A DNA stretch of 64,000 nt from a virus (lineage: Duplodnaviria; Caudoviricetes). The stretch covers positions 256,001 through 320,000 of IMG/VR virus record IMGVR_UViG_3300014204_013734, one strand, 5' to 3'. Position numbers and translations under genes: made by a program. The notes below the pieces were generated by a model. The model was not told where the DNA came from and did not search any database. It saw only the letters and a program-made list of their open reading frames with translations. Shown here piece by piece: positions 57,436 through 64,000 of the stretch. Numbering within the stretch: the first letter of the stretch is position 1; each line of letters opens with the position of its first letter.

Positions 57436-58489
57436 AAATGTGCTTGATGCTGCTCGCGAACGAATCGCGATGCTGTTTGATAACTTTGAAGCAATCAATG
57501 TTTCAATTTCCAGCGGTAAGGATTCCTGTGTCCTTTACACGTTGTGCGTGCAGGAAGCCGTTCGCCGGGGGCGTAAGATCACGGCGTTTTTCCTGGATCA
57601 GGAAGCGGAATATGAAGCCACTGTAGACGTGATGCAACGCATGATGCAGCATCCGAATATCATTCCCCAGTGGTATCAAGTTCCCATCTACATGACCAAT
57701 GCTACCAGCTACAGCGATTATTTCCTTTACGCTTGGGGGCCCGGTGAGAAATGGATGCGCGAAAAGGATCCGATGGCCATCCATTCCATTGACGAGGAAT
57801 ACGAAAAACGGTTCTACGGATTCCTTGACTGGTACGAAAAAAGAAATACTAATGCCGCCTATCTGGTTGGGTTGCGTGCCGATGAATCCGTCACGCGTTA
57901 CCGGGCGGTGACCAAATATCCCGGCTGGAACGGGATACGTTGGGGCACGATGAACGGGGAAGTCAAACGCTTTTATCCGATCTATGATTGGACGGTTTAC
58001 GATGTCTGGCATTTCATCTACGAATTTGATGTCCCTTACAACAAGATTTACGATTTGATGTTCATGGATGGCCAAAGCATTTACAAAGGCATGCGGGTGT
58101 CAAACCTCGTGCATGAAAAAAGCTTTCACTGTTTGGTGGATCTTCCTCGGTACGAACCGGAAACTTACGATAAGCTCTGCCGCCGTATCGGGGGGATAGC
58201 TACCGCAGCCCGTTATGCGGCTGAAAAAACCGTGTTCAACAACGGCACCTTGCCTAGCCATTACAAGTCGTGGTTGGAGTTTCGGGATTTCCTGTTGGCA
58301 AACATCCCTGAAGAAGAACACAGGGAACGGTTCGCTGCCCGTTTTGCAAAGCAGGATGCGAACGAAAAGATGTATCAGGGCCAAGTCGGTCAACTGCTCA
58401 TCAATGATTACGAAAACAGCCGTCCGTTTGACACCAAAGTTGCCGAGCGAGTTCGGAGATTGAAGGAAAAATGGAATCAACTCTTGTGA
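57410..58489 (+). CDS. ibrA: IbrA-like PAPS-reductase-family protein
   Basis: NVLDAARERI, SSGKDS, FLDQEAEY, VGLRADES, YPIYDW and MRVS motifs. Confidence 0.8.
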   Translation: MGTKTYLDKNVLDAARERIAMLFDNFEAINVSISSGKDSCVLYTLCVQEAVRRGRKITAFFLDQEAEYEATVDVMQRMMQHPNIIPQWYQVPIYMTNATSYSDYFLYAWGPGEKWMREKDPMAIHSIDEEYEKRFYGFLDWYEKRNTNAAYLVGLRADESVTRYRAVTKYPGWNGIRWGTMNGEVKRFYPIYDWTVYDVWHFIYEFDVPYNKIYDLMFMDGQSIYKGMRVSNLVHEKSFHCLVDLPRYEPETYDKLCRRIGGIATAARYAAEKTVFNNGTLPSHYKSWLEFRDFLLANIPEEEHRERFAARFAKQDANEKMYQGQVGQLLINDYENSRPFDTKVAERVRRLKEKWNQLL

Positions 58490-58986
58490 GCGAAAAGTTC
58501 GCGGACACGGATTCAATCGTCATTTGGCAGACAAGACTTGTGAAGATGGAAGACCTTGTCGCCAACGACTACAATCCGAACCGGATGCCAACCACAGAGA
58601 TGAAACTCCTGGAAATGTGCATCCGTAAGTTTGGGTTTCTCTTTCCGTTGATTGTATGCCCGGATCAGGGGAAGTACAGAATTGTGGACGGCTATCACAG
58701 GTACGAAGTGCTGAAACGCATGGCCGTCAAAGTGGTGTCCGCAGTGGTGTTGGACATCCCCTACCACGAAGCAGTGCAGCTTACCGTGCTGATGAACCGC
58801 ATCAAGGGCATGCACCAGGTGGAAGGCATGGCGGATTTGATCGTCAAGCTTGAAGATTTGGGCGTTGCCGATCAGGAAATCTGTGTGAATCTCGGCATGG
58901 AGGTTGAAGAATACCTCCGATTGAAGCAGCAACTTGGTATCGCCCATGCCTTTAGGGATCACCAGTATTCAAAATCGTGGGAATGA
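58471..58986 (+). CDS. ibrB: IbrB-like ParB/Srx-domain protein
   Basis: ANDYNPN, IVDGYHRY and TV.MNRIKG.H motifs. Confidence 0.8.
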   Translation: MESTLVSEKFADTDSIVIWQTRLVKMEDLVANDYNPNRMPTTEMKLLEMCIRKFGFLFPLIVCPDQGKYRIVDGYHRYEVLKRMAVKVVSAVVLDIPYHEAVQLTVLMNRIKGMHQVEGMADLIVKLEDLGVADQEICVNLGMEVEEYLRLKQQLGIAHAFRDHQYSKSWE

Positions 58987-59504
58987 ATATGCTTGTTGCT
59001 ACCATTGCCAGGAAACCGATTAGTATGACCGTCGTCGACAACGTGTTGGTACACGGGGTCGGTGGGTTCAACATAGACGATTGCCGGATAACCCCGACCG
59101 GGGAACGTCTAGGCGGCGGGGATGAATCGGCAGAATCCATTGACGGAAAGTGGTCTGGTTGGAGCCGTCCTTGGATGCACGATCCTGCCAAGGTGTTCAA
59201 GGTAGCATCGGAAGTACGAGACAAGGTTGAAAAAGCCACGACCTTGGGACGTTGGCCCGCTAATGTCATCTTGATTCATTTACCAGAGTGCCGTGAACAG
59301 GGAAATGGGACCGTGTGGGAATGTGCTGAAGGGTGTCCGGTCGCCTACTTGAATCAGACTGTCGGGATCACCAAAAGTGGGAGCATTGATTCATGGAGGG
59401 AAGGGGTGCCTGGTCCTGTGTATGGCCATCCTTCGGCCCGTCAAGTCACATTCCAAGGAGATGCCGGGTTTGTGTCCCGGTTTTTCAAGCAGGTCAAACG
59501 ATGA
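58983..59504 (+). CDS. Methyltransferase middle module A
   Basis: ARKP..NVLVHGVGGFNIDDCRI..GRWPANVI..SRFF matches the internal segment of phage N6/N4 MTases. Confidence 0.75.
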   Translation: MNMLVATIARKPISMTVVDNVLVHGVGGFNIDDCRITPTGERLGGGDESAESIDGKWSGWSRPWMHDPAKVFKVASEVRDKVEKATTLGRWPANVILIHLPECREQGNGTVWECAEGCPVAYLNQTVGITKSGSIDSWREGVPGPVYGHPSARQVTFQGDAGFVSRFFKQVKR

Positions 59505-59989
59505 TCGTCGCTACGCTGGCCAGAAAGCCTTTGCGGGGAACCATCCTTGACAACATTATGTTATATGGGGTCGGGGCTTTGAACATCAACGATTGCAGGA
59601 TAGGTACAGACCCGATTGTCGTCCAGGGGGGCGGTGGCGCCGCTTGGGATACTGATGGGAACAAAGTCGGACGCCCGATGGGGGAGATCAATGAAGCACG
59701 TATCGGAAGGTTTCCCGCCAATCTTGTCCTTGTTCACCAAGAAGGGTGCACACGTGCCGGAATTGCGAAGGTGAAAGGAAGTGGCCATTGGATTTCAGCC
59801 GGAGATTCAAAGGGTGTAGTGTGGGGGAAAGGGTTCCATCAGGAACAATCCGATTTCGGGAATGTTCTTGCTGATTCCGAAGGGTTGGAAACTGTTGATG
59901 TATGGGTTTGCACCGTTGGATGTCCCGTTCCTGAAATGGATCAACAAAGTGGGGTTTCTCGTTTTTTCAAGCAGGTGAAGGGGGATTGA
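59501..59989 (+). CDS. Methyltransferase middle module B (tandem paralog)
   Basis: ARKP..YGVGALNINDCRI..GRFPANLV..SRFF. Confidence 0.75.
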   Translation: MIVATLARKPLRGTILDNIMLYGVGALNINDCRIGTDPIVVQGGGGAAWDTDGNKVGRPMGEINEARIGRFPANLVLVHQEGCTRAGIAKVKGSGHWISAGDSKGVVWGKGFHQEQSDFGNVLADSEGLETVDVWVCTVGCPVPEMDQQSGVSRFFKQVKGD

Positions 59990-60780
59990 TGATGGAACGG
60001 AAACTTGGCGGATTCAGACCGGAACCTTTAGACCCGAAACATTGGACGTTTTCCGACAAGTTGAAGCCCCGCTTGTGCGCATTGAGGGAAGATGACGTGG
60101 ACCTTCGTCCCTTCTCTTCCCCCCGACACGACCAACAATGGACGAATTCCTGTGTAGCCAATGCAGTCATTAAAGCATTGGAAATCAAACGGATCATGAA
60201 GTTCGGGCATGCAGCGCATGTCGACCTGTCCCGCCTCGCTGTTTACTTCCTTGCTCGGGAACTGATGTTCCCCCAGGAAACGTCACAGGATGCTGGAACT
60301 TACGTATCCCTTGCGTGTGATGTCCTGCGGCGGTGGGGCGTTTGCACCGAAGAAGCTTGGCCATTTGACCTTAATAAGGTGTTCTCACCTCCCCCTTGGG
60401 GAGCCATGCGACAGGCACATGTCAACCGGATTGCAGCGTTCTACAGGCTTGATTCAGGTGTTTCCAGGGCTCGTCTGGTGGAAGATGTCATCCGTTGCCT
60501 TCGGGCGGGTAACCCCGTCGTTTACGGGACTGCAATTGGCCAGAACTGGTTTGATTACAAACCGGACCAAGTGTTGACGACCCCCAAGGACATGAAAGAT
60601 ATGGTAGGTCGGCATGCTACTGTTCTGGTCGGGTTTGCAAATGGCAGGTTCATCGGAGAAAACAGTTGGGGACCGAATTGGGGTTCCAATGGGTTCTACT
60701 GGATGGATCCTGGGTATATAACCTGGAAGGAATCCTGCGATTTTTGGACAATCACGGCCCCTTGGCAGGAGGTCAAATGA
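59986..60780 (+). CDS. Papain-like C1 cysteine peptidase
   Basis: DQ..NSCVANA, HATVLVG and NSWG..WG.NG motifs. Confidence 0.85.
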   Translation: MMMERKLGGFRPEPLDPKHWTFSDKLKPRLCALREDDVDLRPFSSPRHDQQWTNSCVANAVIKALEIKRIMKFGHAAHVDLSRLAVYFLARELMFPQETSQDAGTYVSLACDVLRRWGVCTEEAWPFDLNKVFSPPPWGAMRQAHVNRIAAFYRLDSGVSRARLVEDVIRCLRAGNPVVYGTAIGQNWFDYKPDQVLTTPKDMKDMVGRHATVLVGFANGRFIGENSWGPNWGSNGFYWMDPGYITWKESCDFWTITAPWQEVK

Positions 60781-61052
60781 CGAAATTTCTTTTCCTGGCC
60801 AGTGTTTTCATGATCCTTGCGGCCTGCAAGACGTTGCTACCTATCCCCATTGAACCAGAGGACACGAACATGTGCCCGGCCGCCTGCCAGCGGCTTCAAC
60901 AATTGGGGTGCCCTGAAGGGGAACCCCTTCCTGACGGGTCCTCTTGTGAATCGTTCTGCGTTGAAACACAGAAGTCAGGGCACGCCTTGGACCCTTCCTG
61001 CATCAGGGGCATTGAAACTTGTGCCGAACTGGCGACGAAGTGCGGACAATGA
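60777..61052 (+). CDS. Small Cys-rich lipoprotein
   Basis: Lipobox LAAC and multiple Cys residues. Confidence 0.6.
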   Translation: MTKFLFLASVFMILAACKTLLPIPIEPEDTNMCPAACQRLQQLGCPEGEPLPDGSSCESFCVETQKSGHALDPSCIRGIETCAELATKCGQ

Positions 61053-61435
61053 ACTTCGGAAAATTCCAAATCGAACCAGAAAGTATCCTCGGAGAGGACA
61101 ACCTGTTTGCGGTCATCCTAGATGATTATCCTGTCTCCCCAGGCCATTCTCTCGTGGTTGTCAAAAGGGAAGGGGCGGCAGCCCTTTCAAATTTGTCTGA
61201 GGAAGAATTCTCGCGTTTGTGGCATTGGGTTCGGTGGTGCGAGGACCATTTGGAACGAACGTTGCAACCGAAACCAGATGGATTCAACATCGGTTTGAAC
61301 GACGGACCTGCCGCCGGACAGACTGTTCCGCAACTTCACGTCCACGTTATTCCCAGGTACGTTGGTGATGTTGCCGATCCCCGTGGGGGTGTCCGGTTTG
61401 TGATTCCTGACAAAGCAAGGTATTGTAAAAAATGA
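61049..61435 (+). CDS. HIT-family hydrolase
   Basis: YPVSPGHSL and AGQTVPQLHVHVIPR motifs. Confidence 0.85.
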   Translation: MNFGKFQIEPESILGEDNLFAVILDDYPVSPGHSLVVVKREGAAALSNLSEEEFSRLWHWVRWCEDHLERTLQPKPDGFNIGLNDGPAAGQTVPQLHVHVIPRYVGDVADPRGGVRFVIPDKARYCKK

Positions 61436-62430
61436 AACTACTTCTGACCGAAGATCAAATTAGGACCCGGCAGGCGTACCCTCTTGACCTGAAAATCCAG
61501 ATCAGCTTGAAGCGGATTGAAGATTGGCGGGAACATCACGGGGGCCTAATTTCCGTGTCGTATTCGGGCGGTAAGGATTCAGCGGTCTTGCTTCATTTGG
61601 TCAGGTCCCTTTATCCCGACACCCCTGCGGTATTTTGTGACACCGGATTGGAATATCCTGAAATCCGGCATTTTGCTATGGACACCCCCGGAGTTGTAGT
61701 CCTCCGTCCAAAAATGAACTTTCATGAAGTAGTAGAGAAGCACGGTTGGCCTATCGTTTCAAAGAGGGTGGTGCAATACATATATGAAGCCGGGACATAT
61801 CAGGAAGGTTCTAAGACCTGGATTCGCCGTATGACTGGAACATCTTCGTCTGGAAAAACAACCGCTTTGGGAAAGATCCCGAATAAGTGGATGTATTTGG
61901 TTCCTCTTGTCCGATCCGGGGTTTTGAAAGTGAACTACCGTTGTTGCCACATTATGAAAAGAGGCCCCATTCAAAAATATGTCAAAGAAACTGGACGGTT
62001 CCCTTATGTCGGAACGACGGCAGCAGAAAGCAAGGACAGGGAATTGTCTTGGAAGATATTCGGATGCAACGCCTATGACAGCAAGAATCCTACATCAAGA
62101 CCCCTGATGGCGTGGACGGAACAGGACATTCTTCAATACATCAAACGGGAAGGATTGAAGATTGCTTCGGTTTACGGGGATATCGTAGAAGATGATGAAG
62201 GAAACCTTTCATTGACTGGTGCAAAACGAACCGGTTGCATGTTCTGCATGTTTGGCGTTCACCTGGAACATAGCCCCAACAGATTTGAACGGATGAAGAA
62301 AACACACCCCAAGCAGTGGGACCACATTACGCGTTACATGGGCGGCGGCAAAGTTCTTGATATTCTCGGGGTTCCTTGGGGCGACCCGGACAAACCAACC
62401 TTGTTTGATATCCTCGGAGTAGAGGACTGA
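61432..62430 (+). CDS. PAPS-reductase-family protein
   Basis: SYSGGKDS, DTGLEYPE, CC and RTGCMFC motifs. Confidence 0.85.
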   Translation: MKLLLTEDQIRTRQAYPLDLKIQISLKRIEDWREHHGGLISVSYSGGKDSAVLLHLVRSLYPDTPAVFCDTGLEYPEIRHFAMDTPGVVVLRPKMNFHEVVEKHGWPIVSKRVVQYIYEAGTYQEGSKTWIRRMTGTSSSGKTTALGKIPNKWMYLVPLVRSGVLKVNYRCCHIMKRGPIQKYVKETGRFPYVGTTAAESKDRELSWKIFGCNAYDSKNPTSRPLMAWTEQDILQYIKREGLKIASVYGDIVEDDEGNLSLTGAKRTGCMFCMFGVHLEHSPNRFERMKKTHPKQWDHITRYMGGGKVLDILGVPWGDPDKPTLFDILGVED

Positions 62431-63038
62431 TGTCGGATTCCAGGTCAAAACATCGGGCGGAACGGATCAAGAAGGAACTTAGGATAGCTCAGGTTCTTTT
62501 TGATTTGGGTTATCCCATCCGTCCCGACGCGGGAGACCGGGAAGAACAATTTCCGTGTGATTTGCATGGTGACGGACGAGACGGCAAGCCTTCCGCCCGT
62601 GTTTATCCGGAATCTGATTCTTGGTACTGTTTCGGTTGCAACCGAACCAGGGATGCTATTGAGACCGTCAAGGAAAAGAAAGGTCTTGGTTTTGTCGCTG
62701 TCCTGGATTGGTTGGAAAAGAAATACAACCTTCCCCCTCTTCCGTGGGAAGACGATGAGGGATACGAACGAAAACAATCGGTCAAAGACGAAGTCTTTGA
62801 CCGATTGAACCAGTCAGGTACGTTTGACAGTGATCGGAAATCACTGGAATCCCTTTTGGACGGTCTGACAAAAGACCGCCTGTTGCCGTTGGAAGTTATC
62901 CTGAACTTCTGGGAAGCTTTTGACAAATTGACGTGGTTCGTGTCCGAAAAGCGTGTTTCGGAAACAGTTGGGAGGGCAACCTTGGTCGGCTTACGAAACC
63001 GAATCCTTGAAGTCCTTAAGGAAAACCGTGGCACTTGA
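62430..63038 (+). CDS. CHC2 zinc-finger (primase ZBD-like) protein
   Basis: CDLH..D.KPS..WYCFGC..DAI. No TOPRIM domain. Confidence 0.75.
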   Translation: MSDSRSKHRAERIKKELRIAQVLFDLGYPIRPDAGDREEQFPCDLHGDGRDGKPSARVYPESDSWYCFGCNRTRDAIETVKEKKGLGFVAVLDWLEKKYNLPPLPWEDDEGYERKQSVKDEVFDRLNQSGTFDSDRKSLESLLDGLTKDRLLPLEVILNFWEAFDKLTWFVSEKRVSETVGRATLVGLRNRILEVLKENRGT

Positions 63039-63471
63039 ACGGATACAGCGATTCAACCTTTCAGGGAAGGGTTGGGAAGACGTCCCGGTCTTGCGTCCTA
63101 TACCGAATGGGAATGATCCCTGGGGGGTCCTGGCGCCGCTCAAGGGGACTGATTTTGAAGGACTGCTTCCTGTCGTGTCAGGGGAAGTTTGGTCACATGC
63201 TCTTCACGGACATCTGGCCCCCCTCATGCGACAGATCGGAAGACCCCCGGATGCACTCTTCAGGTTCATTCCTCAATCCTTTCTGAAATGTGCAGAAAGC
63301 AAAACGTGTGGGACCCACGACCTGAAAATCTGCTTGCCTGGACCAAAGACACCCAATTGCTGGATTCCGTTCGGGGTAGATGCAGGAGTAGCTCCCGCCA
63401 TCATTGAAATCGTACTGGCTTGGAGGGACGGCAGACATGTCGTGATCGTTGCCGGTGAAGAATTTCTGTGA
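63028..63471 (+). CDS. Hypothetical protein
   Basis: Overlapping GTG-start ORF with a Cys cluster. Confidence 0.55.
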   Translation: MALERIQRFNLSGKGWEDVPVLRPIPNGNDPWGVLAPLKGTDFEGLLPVVSGEVWSHALHGHLAPLMRQIGRPPDALFRFIPQSFLKCAESKTCGTHDLKICLPGPKTPNCWIPFGVDAGVAPAIIEIVLAWRDGRHVVIVAGEEFL

Positions 63472-63514
63472 TTTGGGGTAGTATGACTGTGAAGCTTAAA
63501 CGGGAAGGTTCCAT

Positions 63515-64000
63515 ATGACAACAGAAGAAATGGCTTTTGACGAACAACTGGGAAACCGAGCAAAGAAACGTCCATGGATGGACCAAAAGACGTTTATCCT
63601 TGGAACTTCCGACAATATAGAAGAAATTATCGACAAGTGCATCGCGTCAGGCCGTTATGGTATTGACCTGGAAACGAGTGGCCTTGACAACCGCATTTTC
63701 AACAACGGGGGAACGTTCAGAACCGTAGACCAAATTGCAGGGATGTGTTTGTCCCCTGACGGTGTGATAGGAGCATACATTCCGCTTCGTCATGCTAAAA
63801 TGGCCATTGACGGAAGCAGGATTCCGATGGCTTGTAATGTGCCTTCAACTGTGTTCGACAAAGCCTTTCGCAGGCTTATTGAAGCCACGGATGCCGGAAA
63901 GACCGTAGCGGTTTTCCATAATGGGAAGTTTGACCAGGAATTCCTTCAATTCAACGGAGGAGAGCCCTGGGGGGAATGGGACAAGGCGCAGATCTGGGAC
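63515..64000 (+). CDS. DNA polymerase, 3'-5' exonuclease domain, 3' partial
   Basis: Manual translation gives GIDLETSGLD (ExoI) and VFHNGKFDQEFL (ExoII). The frame runs off the window end. Confidence 0.8.
   Translation, partial: MTTEEMAFDEQLGNRAKKRPWMDQKTFILGTSDNIEEIIDKCIASGRYGIDLETSGLDNRIFNNGGTFRTVDQIAGMCLSPDGVIGAYIPLRHAKMAIDGSRIPMACNVPSTVFDKAFRRLIEATDAGKTVAVFHNGKFDQEFLQFNGGEPWGEWDKAQIWD

Noticed and set aside
1-64000. CRISPR array, tRNA or rRNA genes
   Set aside because: No regularly spaced repeats or cloverleaf-like sequences were seen by eye, and intergenic gaps are short. A tRNA scan was not run.

Overview
Fragment of a large (jumbo-type) tailed phage genome, standard genetic code, with no tRNA, rRNA or CRISPR array seen. 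Positions 1-27.9 kb are a plus-strand block of very large virion proteins (baseplate/tail-fibre-like, one beta-helix spike) with a free-standing endonuclease. Positions 27.9-38.6 kb are an accessory region: lipoproteins, a DUF262-ClpX chimera, a DUF1566 lipoprotein whose 3' end is repeated as a diversified orphan copy with a DGR-like pattern, and repeated promoter-like motifs. Positions 38.7-64 kb are a plus-strand replication/DNA-modification block: intein-containing SNF2 and DnaB helicases, a C5 methyltransferase, MazG, an SNF2-MTase-IbrA-IbrB module, a PAPS reductase, a primase Zn finger and the start of a DNA polymerase. The most striking signal is a beta-class N6/N4 DNA methyltransferase split into complementary stand-alone genes: a catalytic part, two alternative middle parts and a SAM-binding part. 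Its catalytic DPPY motif sits in a perfect 12-bp hairpin and is followed directly by an in-frame TAG. Family names come from motifs recognised by eye, not from database searches.
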